A stretch of DNA of 50,429 nucleotides from an uncultured Ornithinimicrobium sp. (GCA_964450585.1 CAYVEH010000001.1:1-50429); one strand, 5' to 3'. Counted from the stretch's first letter, positions 10,168 to 18,186 are shown. A program made the numbers and translations. The notes: generated by a model from the letters alone, not told the origin.

Positions 10168-10687
10168 GCCCCTCGGCCACCTCCACCGCGGGCAGGTCAG
10201 CGACGCGCTCACCGGGCAGGCGCAGCTTGGAGCACCGCAACCCGGAGCCGATCACCACCTGCGGGGCGTGCCTCACCCGGGCATCGACCAGCACCCGCCA
10301 GTGCGCCGGCAGCCCCACCGGGGTGATGCCGCCGTACTCCATGCCGGTCTCGGCCACCGCGCGCTCCATCGGCAGGAAACTCGCCTTGCGCACCTGCAAG
10401 GTCTTGCGGATGGCGGAGTTGACGTCCGCCCGCGTGGTCGCCAGCACCAGCGCAGCGGCGATCCGCTCCTCCGCGGCGCGCCGTCCCAGGACCACCAGGC
10501 AGTTCGCACACTCCCGTAACAGCACATCGGTGGCCGCCACCAGCGCCTGGGTGTCCGCCACCGCCGGATCGATCTCGGCCACCTCGATCGACGCAGCCAG
10601 CGGACTGTCCCGCAGTGCGGCGCGCACGGGCTCGGCAACCAGGTCGAGACGGTCGGTGACGGGGTGCCAGGTCAACGGTGCAGTCAT
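10157..10687 (-). CDS. YbaK/EbsC family (aminoacyl-tRNA deacylase-like) protein
   Basis: ETGMEYGGITPVG and IGSG motifs; start MTAPLTW with ATGA overlap on the DUF3037 stop. Confidence 0.85.
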   Translation of the reverse strand: MTAPLTWHPVTDRLDLVAEPVRAALRDSPLAASIEVAEIDPAVADTQALVAATDVLLRECANCLVVLGRRAAEERIAAALVLATTRADVNSAIRKTLQVRKASFLPMERAVAETGMEYGGITPVGLPAHWRVLVDARVRHAPQVVIGSGLRCSKLRLPGERVADLPAVEVAEGLAR

Positions 10688-11061
10688 GACACCAGGATGG
10701 CCAGCAGGTGCTGCAGGGTGGCAGCCGGGTCTGCGGTGGTGCCCCCGTGAACCGGACCCGGTTGGATGATGGTGCTGCGTGGCGCGCTGAGCCAGCCGAA
10801 CCGGGGCCCCAGCTGGTCCAGCCGGGGTGTGGAGTCCGAGTGCTCCCCGGCAGCCACTCGGCATACGGTCTGCAGCGAGGCGCGCACCGCCTCCAGGTCC
10901 AGCCCGGGGGCGAGGGCCCGGGCCCGCTCCTCGTCCAGCTGGTAGGCGCCCTGCAGGAACTCCGCCTCCTGGCTGTAGAGCACCACTCCGACGTTGAGGA
11001 ACTCCTCCCGCTCCACCCGCGGAACCAACCGCAGGGTGACGTACTGGTAGTCGTAGCTCAT
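10684..11061 (-). CDS. DUF3037 domain protein
   Basis: YQYVTLRLVPRVEREEFLNVGVVL..RFGWLSAPRSTIIQPGPVHGG; ATGA overlap with kinase stop. Confidence 0.85.
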   Translation of the reverse strand: MSYDYQYVTLRLVPRVEREEFLNVGVVLYSQEAEFLQGAYQLDEERARALAPGLDLEAVRASLQTVCRVAAGEHSDSTPRLDQLGPRFGWLSAPRSTIIQPGPVHGGTTADPAATLQHLLAILVS

Positions 11062-11825
11062 CGTGCCCCTCCGGGGAGCCAGGCCTGCGGGTGCTGCAGC
11101 CGGGCCAGCAGGTGCTGGGCGTAGGCGGACCGCACCGCTGCTGCATCCGGCAGGTGTGGTGTGTGCTCCAGCCACTCCTCGGGAACCTGCTCGAGAACCT
11201 GGGTCACCAGCTCCGGGGTGACCCGGTCGGCCAGCTCGGCGTGCGCAGCGGGCAGGTCAGTGGCGATGCGCCCCAGCACGTGCTCCTCGGCCCGGAAGGG
11301 CTGGTGGGCGAACCGCTCGACGTTGGGCTCCCTGCTGGGCCAGGAGTGGTGAAAGTACAGCGCGGCACCGTGGTCGATGAGCCAGGTGCGCCGGTGCCAG
11401 GTCAACAGGTTCGGGTTGGACCAGGTGCGGTCGACATTGGCGGTGAAGGCATCCAGCCAGACGATCCGGGCCGCCAGCTCCGGGGTGGGTGGTTGCGAGC
11501 CGTCGTAGCCCAGGGAGCCGGGGAGCAGGTCGATGCCCAGGTTGGTGCCGGGGGAGGCGTTGAGCAGGTCCTGGACCTCCTCGTCAGCCTCATACCGTGC
11601 CATCGCGGCCGGCAGGTCGATGGTGACCAGCCGGGGGACCGGCAGCTCCAGGCAGCGGGCCAGCTCGCCGACGATCACCTCGGCCACCAGCACCTTCAAT
11701 CCCTGGCCGGCACCACGGAACTTGACCACGTAGGTGCCCAGGTCATCGCCCTCCACGACGCCGGGCATGGAGCCACCCTCACGCAGCGGAGTGACATAGC
11801 GGATGGCGGTCACGTGGTCGAGCAC
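11058..11825 (-). CDS. HipA-like (HipA_2) kinase
   Basis: PLREGGSMP, YVVKFRGAGQG, NVDRTWSNPNLL, WLIDHG kinase motifs; -10 TACCCT 7 nt before GTG 11825. Confidence 0.85.
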   Translation of the reverse strand: MLDHVTAIRYVTPLREGGSMPGVVEGDDLGTYVVKFRGAGQGLKVLVAEVIVGELARCLELPVPRLVTIDLPAAMARYEADEEVQDLLNASPGTNLGIDLLPGSLGYDGSQPPTPELAARIVWLDAFTANVDRTWSNPNLLTWHRRTWLIDHGAALYFHHSWPSREPNVERFAHQPFRAEEHVLGRIATDLPAAHAELADRVTPELVTQVLEQVPEEWLEHTPHLPDAAAVRSAYAQHLLARLQHPQAWLPGGAR

Positions 11826-11864
11826 GTGGCTCAGGGTATCCGGGCGCTGTGTCACAGTGACGGC

Positions 11865-13247
11865 ATGCCCGCTGCGCGCCGTGAGCCCCAGGTGCTGCAT
11901 GTCGACCTGGACGCGTTCTTTGCCGCGGTCGAGCAGCGCGACAAGCCCTCGCTGCGGGGCAAGCCGGTGGTGGTCGGTGGGATCGGGCCCCGTGGCGTGG
12001 TCTCCACCGCCTCCTACGAGGCCCGGCCGTTCGGCGCCCGCTCAGCCATGCCCACCGCCGAGGCGCGCCGTCGGTGCCCGCCGGGCACGGCCTTCCTGGC
12101 CGGGCGGTTCGATGCCTACCGGATGAGCTCTCGGGTGGTGATGCAGCTGCTGGCCGACCTCTCCCCGGTGGTGGAGCAGGTCTCGGTCGATGAGGCGTAT
12201 GTCGACCTGGGTGCTGGCGACGGGCACGACCTGTCGCCGGCCGGGGCACGGCGCCTGGGTGCGGACCTGTTGGCCAGGATCCGCGCCGAGACCGGCGGGC
12301 TGACCGCTTCGGTGGGCATCGCGACCTCCAAGATGATGGCCAAGATCGGCAGTGAGCTGAACAAGCCCGCCGGGGTCAGCGTGATCGAGGCCGGCACCGA
12401 GCAGGAGGTGCTGGCGCCGATGTCGGTGCGGGCCATCGCCGGGGTCGGACCGGCCACCGCGGCCCGGTTGCACGCCTTCGGGGTGGAGACCGTCGCAGAC
12501 CTGGCTCGGGTGAGCGAGTCGGACCTGGTGGCCATCTTCGGGCAGGCGCACGGCAGCGCCCTGGTGCACCTGGCCCGGGGCGAGGACGACCGGGTGGTGC
12601 AGCCACAGCGGGAGACCAAGAGCATCTCGGTGGAGGAGACCTTCGAGAGCGACATCGCGGACCCGGCCGCCCTGCAGCAGGAGCTGGACCTGATGGTCTC
12701 CCGGGTAGCCAGCCGGCTGGGCCGGTCCGCGGTCTTCGGTCGCACCACCACGGTCAAGGTCCGCCGGCACGACTTCGGTCTGCAGACCCGCTCCGGCACC
12801 CTGCCCTATGCCACCGGCGACCCGATGGTGATCGGTCGTCAGGCCCGCAGGCTGCTGGCCAGCCTGGACGTGAGCTCCGGGATCCGGTTGCTGGGCGTGG
12901 GCGTCTCCGGGCTCACCACCCACGCCCAGGAGGAGCTGGAGCTGGGGGAGGGGCTGTTTGCCACGCTGCCGACGACGGAGCGGGAGGTGCCGGACAGCAC
13001 CGGGGTCACGCCCGATCCGGTGCCGCCACCGGCCAGCCCACCGGTGAGCCACCGGCAGGACTGGCGTGCCGGTGCCGACGTGCACCACGACAGCCACGGC
13101 CCGGGGTGGGTCTGGGGCAGTGGGCGGGGGCGGGTGACCGTGCGCTTCGAGGGCCCGCTGACGGCCCCGGGCCCGGTGCGCACGTTTGCCAGCGACGACC
13201 CGCAGTTGACGGCCGCCGATCCACCGGACTGGCGCCGCCCTTCCTGA
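11865..13247 (+). CDS. dinB: DNA polymerase IV with C-terminal extension
   Basis: LHVDLDAFFAAVEQ, STASYEAR, SVDEAY, KSISVEETF, IRLLGVGVSGL. Confidence 0.95.
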   Translation: MPAARREPQVLHVDLDAFFAAVEQRDKPSLRGKPVVVGGIGPRGVVSTASYEARPFGARSAMPTAEARRRCPPGTAFLAGRFDAYRMSSRVVMQLLADLSPVVEQVSVDEAYVDLGAGDGHDLSPAGARRLGADLLARIRAETGGLTASVGIATSKMMAKIGSELNKPAGVSVIEAGTEQEVLAPMSVRAIAGVGPATAARLHAFGVETVADLARVSESDLVAIFGQAHGSALVHLARGEDDRVVQPQRETKSISVEETFESDIADPAALQQELDLMVSRVASRLGRSAVFGRTTTVKVRRHDFGLQTRSGTLPYATGDPMVIGRQARRLLASLDVSSGIRLLGVGVSGLTTHAQEELELGEGLFATLPTTEREVPDSTGVTPDPVPPPASPPVSHRQDWRAGADVHHDSHGPGWVWGSGRGRVTVRFEGPLTAPGPVRTFASDDPQLTAADPPDWRRPS

Positions 13248-13333
13248 CCCGGCCCGGGGACGGGGTTTGCGGCTGCGCGTGCTAATCTTGCCCGTCGTTG
13301 CGCACTGCAGTATGCGGTGTCCTCGACACCCTC

Positions 13334-13417
13334 GTCCGGGTGGCGGAATGGCAGACGCGCTAGCTTGAGGTGCTAGTGCCCGTTAAGGGCGTGGGGGTTC
13401 AAGTCCCCCTCCGGACA
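13334..13417 (+). tRNA. tRNA-Leu(GAG)
   Basis: GTCCGGG/TCCGGAC acceptor stem, anticodon arm CTAGC-TTGAGGT-GCTAG, long variable arm, T arm GGGGG-TTCAAGT-CCCCC; CCA not encoded in this copy. Confidence 0.96.
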
Positions 13418-13418
13418 C
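13400..13418 (+). repeat. att core, tRNA-proximal copy
   Basis: CAAGTCCCCCTCCGGACAC, identical to 18129-18147. Confidence 0.92.
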
Positions 13419-13810
13419 GCTACAGGTCTCTGACCTGCGGAAACGCTGTCAATTTTGACCTAACCCGACTTGAACCCCCATATATTTCCCGGATCACGCG
13501 GCCGTGTGGGATGCCCGAAGCGCTCCAGTCCTGTGGCGGTTGGAGACGGCCCTGCTGTGCAGGTTGCTCAGTTGGTGCGGGGGAGTGGAAGTTGCAGCGG
13601 TCGTGGTTCGCCACGGCGCCGCTGACCTTGATGCCGGGGCCTGAGTGCCGCGTCCTATGCCAAGGCTTCTGTGTGGGTGGGCCGATGCTGTCAGTCGGCA
13701 CGTCATTTCGGCCACTATATGGGCTACATGCAGGGAGACGTCGGTTACGCGAACGGTCGATACATCACTCTCATGCCGAGAGTCGGATGTCTCTCGCGAG
13801 CTGTGTCTCC

Positions 13811-13840
13811 TTGAGGTTCAGACCATGGAAGGTCTAGAAT
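13811..13840 (+). promoter_or_regulatory. TA promoter with operator-like inverted repeat
   Basis: TTGAGG-N18-TAGAAT, ATG 6 nt downstream; AGACC-N6-GGTCT (13820-13835) in the spacer. Confidence 0.6.
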
Positions 13841-13846
13841 GACGTG

Positions 13847-14197
13847 ATGTGGAGCGTTGACATCGAGCTCATCGAGGGATGGCTCGCTTCGCTGGACCAA
13901 GGGTCGCAAGAGCAGGTTGTTGCTGCGATCGAGCTGCTCGAGGACCGCGGTCCACAGCTTGGCCGACCTGTCGTGGACACGGTAAACCGCTCCAGGCACC
14001 GCAACATGAAGGAACTGCGGCCCGGGTCATCAGGCAGGTCCGAGTTACGCATCCTGTTCGCTTTCGACCCAGAGCGGCAGGCCATCCTGCTGATCGCTGG
14101 TGACAAGGCCGGCAACTGGCAGCGTTGGTACAAGAAGAACATCCCCCTCGCCGACAACCTGCTCGACGAGCATCTGCGCAGACTGGAAGGACAGTGA
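13847..14197 (+). CDS. RelE/HigB-like (Gp49-type) toxin
   Basis: GPQLGRPVVDT..SRHRNMKELRPGS..RILFAFDP.RQAILLIAGDK; toxin-first order. Confidence 0.9.
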   Translation: MWSVDIELIEGWLASLDQGSQEQVVAAIELLEDRGPQLGRPVVDTVNRSRHRNMKELRPGSSGRSELRILFAFDPERQAILLIAGDKAGNWQRWYKKNIPLADNLLDEHLRRLEGQ

Positions 14198-14202
14198 GTG
14201 AC

Positions 14203-14508
14203 ATGGCCAAGACCATCAGCGACTTCCTCACCGAGCACCCGGTGGATCGGGAGCAGGTCGAGCAGCACAAGCGGCGCATGCTCGCCGAGGTGCGCGCCTA
14301 CCGGCTGCGCGAGCTACGTGAGGCAGCCGGGCTGACCCAGGCCCAGCTGGCCGAACGCATCGGTGTCGGCCAGCGCCAGGTCTCAAAGATCGAGAACGGG
14401 GACCTCGACAGCGCCAAGATCGCCACCATCCGCAGCTACCTCCAGGCTGTCGGTGGAGACATGGCGATCGAGTACGTCATCGGGGACGACCGGGTGCAGG
14501 TCGCCTGA
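14203..14508 (+). CDS. XRE HTH antitoxin (HigA-like)
   Basis: LRELREAAGLTQAQLAERIGVGQRQVSKIENG; directly after toxin (alternative GTG start 14194). Confidence 0.9.
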   Translation: MAKTISDFLTEHPVDREQVEQHKRRMLAEVRAYRLRELREAAGLTQAQLAERIGVGQRQVSKIENGDLDSAKIATIRSYLQAVGGDMAIEYVIGDDRVQVA

Positions 14509-14695
14509 TCCTGCCGAGCGGACTGCACGGTACTGCGGCAAGTCGCTCTAGCTAGTGTCGCCCCCTCGCTATAGGGTGATGAGCCCCAGCGAGGAGGAAC
14601 CGTTGGATGGAGTACAACCTTCGTTCATTCGCCTGATGGCTTGGTCGACGCCCCTAGGCGACGGCAGGGGTCAGGGGAGTTGTGGGGCATCTAGT

Positions 14696-15130
14696 TGTGC
14701 AGTTGATGGAGGCCTATGACAGTGGGTCTCGTGCTTTTTGCTTGAGCCGCTCGTAGGGGGTCTGTCCTCCGAGGGCTCCGTGGGGTCGATCGTAGTTGTA
14801 GTGGTCTTCCCATTGCTGGAGGCGTTCGGCGAAGAGGTTCGCGTCGTCGATGACCTCGCCTTCGAGAAGCCGGTAGAACTCCTCCGAGTCGATCCGGTGG
14901 GATCTCTCCACCTTGCCGTTCAGGCGTGGCGTGCGAGGGCGGATCTTGACGTGATTGATGCCCTTGTCGAGCAGGTGCCAGTGGAACGCCTGGCCGAACT
15001 CCTGCCCGTTGTCTGTCTGTACCTGCTCGACCTGGAACGGCAACTTGGAGAGCACGTGGTCGTCGAACTGGATCGCGGTCCTCTGGTCGTTGCGCGGGTA
15101 CGCACGCAGCACCCGGACGCGGGTGCAGTC
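14696..15130 (-). mobile_element. IS481-family remnant (3' part of transposase and right end)
   Basis: DCTRVRVLRAY..QTDNGQEF..RPRTPRLNGKVERSHR..YNYDRPHGALGGQTP; terminal TGT at 14696 preceded by TCTAGT (NCTAGN-type target); 5' half absent. Confidence 0.85.
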
Positions 15131-15247
15131 CCAGTCGGATGCCTTGGAACTCCGCGACCACCGATGGCGGAGAAGTACACCACATCGGCGAGGTTCTTGC
15201 TTAGGCAGCTATAGGTGGTGCACTCAAGGTTCGAGTCGGGCGGTGGA

Positions 15248-16555
15248 TCAGCCCTCAGACTTGCGGGGGTCGGCAATGTGGGCCAGGAAGAGCGGCCACC
15301 CGGTGGTGCTGTCGGCGATGCGCACCAGGTATGGGCGATTGATGGTCAACTTGAGGGGCGGCTCGGCCGGTCCGGAGTCGGCGAAGCCGATCTCGGTGAC
15401 GGCAGCGGCGATGGTGCCCTCCTCATCGATCGCGAGGACCCCTTGCTGGGCAGCCTGGTCAATGGCGAGATCGGCGTCGGTGATGCCGCCGAAGCCACCG
15501 GCCAACGCTGCGGGTGCGTGTTCGGACAGGAACTGCATCAGGTCAAGCTTTGACTCGGCGTCCACCACGGGCATCCGCAGGATGACCAAGCGGCGCTGGT
15601 CGGCGTCGAGCTGCGTCTGGAGCTGGGTGAGCAGTGCGGTGCTGGCCTCGGTCGGTGCTGTGCCCGGTGGCGGGAGGAGCACGTCCGCGTGCAAGCGGCC
15701 CCCGATGTAGGGCAGCCGCACCGCCTGCCACCCCTCCGCCTCGGCATAGATCGTGTCGCGCTCCCGGCCGGTATCCATCATGTCCACGCTGATCACCTCA
15801 CCCGTGGACAGCGTGAACTGTTCCGGACTGGTGAGCGCTGCGTAGAAAGGGTCCTGCCAGCGAGCGGCCAGCACGACGGCGTCCTGCAGCACCAGGCGCA
15901 GTCGCGAGTCCGGCACGATCGCCGACTGCGGGACCAGCCCGCCGGTGTGCTCGTTGACCCAGGAGTCCAGCACTGCCTTGCCCTCTTCGCTGCCCAGGTC
16001 GGTCGTCTGGGAGGTGGCGCCGTAGTGGCTCGCCAGGGCGTCGACAAAGTCCTGCTTGACCACTAGGGAGTCGTCTAGCACGAGCCGGTCGGCGCGGTGC
16101 AGCATCGGGGTCTCGGGGAGCTCATCGTCCTGGACGACGGCTGGGTCACCGTCCAAATCCTCCAAAGCGGTCGTCAACGCGTTCATCGCGTCGCTGCGCT
16201 CGGCGTCCGTGGCGCCGATCAGCGCCTCGAGCTCAGCCAGCGTCTGACCCTCGGCCCCTTCGGCGGCCATCGACAGGGCAACCTGCAGGCTCGCGGGTGA
16301 GGTCACGGTCGTCGCCTCAGGGTCGAGGTTGATCAGCTCCAGCCCCATCAGGTCCGCAGCGGCGACCAGATCGTCTGTCGCCTCAGCGTCCTGGATGGTG
16401 ACCGCGCGGCGGTCCTGCTGGCTGACCGGCAGGGTGCCCGCGGGCGGGGTCTCCTCCGGCGTTCCTGCCTCCTGACCACACGCCGCCAGCATGAGTATGA
16501 CCGCCAGGCTCAGGGGCACGGACCGCCGTGACCACACTCTCGTCAGTCCCGTCAT
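15248..16555 (-). CDS. Serpin family lipoprotein
   Basis: Lipobox LAAC; SPASLQVALSM, WVNEHTGG, hinge IDEEGTIAAAVT, terminal INRPYL..PLFLAHIADP. Confidence 0.9.
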   Translation of the reverse strand: MTGLTRVWSRRSVPLSLAVILMLAACGQEAGTPEETPPAGTLPVSQQDRRAVTIQDAEATDDLVAAADLMGLELINLDPEATTVTSPASLQVALSMAAEGAEGQTLAELEALIGATDAERSDAMNALTTALEDLDGDPAVVQDDELPETPMLHRADRLVLDDSLVVKQDFVDALASHYGATSQTTDLGSEEGKAVLDSWVNEHTGGLVPQSAIVPDSRLRLVLQDAVVLAARWQDPFYAALTSPEQFTLSTGEVISVDMMDTGRERDTIYAEAEGWQAVRLPYIGGRLHADVLLPPPGTAPTEASTALLTQLQTQLDADQRRLVILRMPVVDAESKLDLMQFLSEHAPAALAGGFGGITDADLAIDQAAQQGVLAIDEEGTIAAAVTEIGFADSGPAEPPLKLTINRPYLVRIADSTTGWPLFLAHIADPRKSEG

Positions 16556-16807
16556 ACCGTTCCGACGCCCGTTGTGCTCCAGCGGTTCCATCGGCCACCG
16601 ATCCTCAGGACCGACACTGTCCGACTGGTGCGGACCCAGCGCTTCCGAATAACCAACGTCAGTGAATGCAGAGCAGCAGGTTCCCATGGCACCAGGCCGT
16701 ACACATCCACCATCCTGTACTGCCGCGTGGCGTGTGTCGTCGGGCCGCGCGACCTGCCACCTGAACATGACTGTGGTTGCAGCCCTGGCTGACGGTTGCT
16801 CGATTTC

Positions 16808-17182
16808 TCAGAATCCAGCCCGTCCCTGTACTCGAGCGAAAACCTCCTCAGTGAACTCGACGTGGTGAGGAAGACTGGCCAGCTGTTCTGCGGACAAAGC
16901 CACTTGCCGGTCTCGAGCCTCACGCTCCAACCCCTTCCAGTAGCCCCGTGCCATATCGTCCTCGGTAAGATCGCCGAAAGGAGCGTCAGGACCGACAACC
17001 ATCAGGGCGTCGGTCTCCAAGTCCTCCATGCTGGTTTGAGTCCACAAGACGCTGCTCGCCCACCCACGATCAGTGAGCAGGGGAACGCGCTCACCGTCAT
17101 TCAGCTCGATGGACAGCAAGCACGTGGCATCCACCGTGTTACGTAGCGGGTCCCCCACATCAACCAGCGTCCCTAGGTTCAT
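16808..17182 (-). CDS. Hypothetical protein
   Basis: 124-aa ORF MNLGTLVD..LLTDRGW..VVGPDAP; purine-rich GGAAGGA upstream; protein-like composition. Confidence 0.6.
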   Translation of the reverse strand: MNLGTLVDVGDPLRNTVDATCLLSIELNDGERVPLLTDRGWASSVLWTQTSMEDLETDALMVVGPDAPFGDLTEDDMARGYWKGLEREARDRQVALSAEQLASLPHHVEFTEEVFARVQGRAGF

Positions 17183-17334
17183 CGGACATCCTTCCGCCAG
17201 CAGTCCTGATCTCGCCCTCAAGCTGGGCGCACCGCCAGGCACACATTGTCCCGCCCGACCCAGCGCGATCATCCCGCAGCGCAGCTCACCCAGACCACCT
17301 GTTCTGCCGCTGTCCGCGTGCTTGGCGCGCGGGT

Positions 17335-17580
17335 TCAGGCGGGGCGGGAGAGTTCGCGTTCCACGGCTCGGCGGATCCAGGCTGAGACTGAACGGTCGTC
17401 AGCTTCTGCGGCGCGTTTGACTTCTTCGAGTAGGTCAGCCGGGAAGCGCACCGGTACGGGTGTGCTCAGTGGGCGCTTGCGACGCCGCGGAGGCCCCTGG
17501 GGCTCCTGGTTGTCCGGGTCCGCGTAGAACGCGTTCTCCTGCTCTGGTGTCATCTGGTCGGAAGTCTGGTCAGTACTCAT
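17335..17580 (-). CDS. CopG/ribbon-helix-helix antitoxin-like protein
   Basis: PVPVRFPADLLEEVKRAAEADDRSVSAWIRRAV RHH pattern; ATG overlaps upstream toxin-like gene end. Confidence 0.8.
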   Translation of the reverse strand: MSTDQTSDQMTPEQENAFYADPDNQEPQGPPRRRKRPLSTPVPVRFPADLLEEVKRAAEADDRSVSAWIRRAVERELSRPA

Positions 17581-17883
17581 CACGGTCCCTTCGGTAGCTG
17601 GCGGCGAGGCCCGAAGACGCCTCGTAACAGCCGATCGGTCGGCACATGCTCGGGTCGCCCGAGCGCGATGGGGCCAGCGGGACGATGAGAACTCGCCCGC
17701 CGACCTCGGCGAGATCAGCCAGTGGGCCGGCGGCTTGGCCGGATAGAACAGCGGTTCACTGTTCCAGGCGTCCATCACGTCGTCCATGCCCAGGTGCGGA
17801 TGCTTGAACAGGTGAGCGGCTTGCCTGTCGACCTCGAAGGGTTCGGTGTCATCGAGCGCGTCGAGGTCGAACGGATCGCTCAT
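17570..17883 (-). pseudogene. Frameshifted BrnT/RelE-like toxin
   Basis: MSDPFD..AHLFKH..PAHWLI, then frame change at ~17711 to AEVGGRVLIVPLAP..CRPIGCYEA..DRDEY* (TGA 17570). Confidence 0.65.
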
Positions 17884-18128
17884 GGAAGAAGGGGTATAAC
17901 AAACGATTACGAACTGTCGTGCAGCGAGCCGGCACTGCGTTGCACCGCCGTGAGTAGCCCGAGCACGAGGCCGCGCAAGGAGTGGGCTCCGGAGGGCACC
18001 GGGGTCCCGAAACCTGGGCGGGAGAGTGCTTCAGGGGGAGGGCGCCGTCTCGCGCGAGGTGTAGTAGAGGTGTCCTGACCTGCGGTTATGTGCTGACCGG
18101 GATGGTCAAGATGTGTGTCCCATGTGGG

Positions 18129-18147
18129 CAAGTCCCCCTCCGGACAC
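18129..18147 (+). repeat. att core, distal copy (displaced tRNA 3' end)
   Basis: Identical 19-mer, continued by CA to give ..GGACACCA. Confidence 0.92.
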
Positions 18148-18151
18148 CAGC

Positions 18152-18186
18152 GGAAGACCCCGAGCCAGTGACGCTCGGGGTCTTCC
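18152..18186 (+). terminator. Hairpin, probably the original tRNA terminator
   Basis: GGAAGACCCCGAGC-cagtgac-GCTCGGGGTCTTCC, 14-bp perfect stem right after the displaced CCA. Confidence 0.8.

Larger units (their letters stand above)
13400..18147. mobile_element. Degenerate genomic island integrated at tRNA-Leu 3' end
   Basis: 19-bp direct repeat CAAGTCCCCCTCCGGACAC at both ends; TA and IS cargo; visibly more A/T than flanks; no integrase seen. Confidence 0.88.

Noticed and set aside
11818-11834. TCGAGCACGTGGCTCAG as a LexA box for dinB
   Set aside because: Spacing and right half do not fit TCGAAC-N4-GTTCGA
11091-11864. Long N-terminal extensions on dinB, and likewise on M20 (22990), arc (35904), TrmH (7938), serpin (16768) and RecB (34467)
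   Set aside because: Most overlap neighbouring genes; conserved domains, signal peptides or -10/RBS signals place the starts downstream
13419-13800. ORFs at the island's left end as an integrase remnant
   Set aside because: No tyrosine or serine recombinase motifs in the listed frames
14570-14690. Short ORFs with GAGGAGG after the antitoxin
   Set aside because: Too short or running into the IS end; no recognisable product
15228-15240. GGTTCGAGTC resembling a tRNA T-loop or second att site
   Set aside because: Flanks do not pair as a T stem and do not match the tRNA-Leu end
16560-16800. Possible riboswitch or ncRNA upstream of the serpin
   Set aside because: No family consensus or convincing stems recognised; an Rfam scan would be needed
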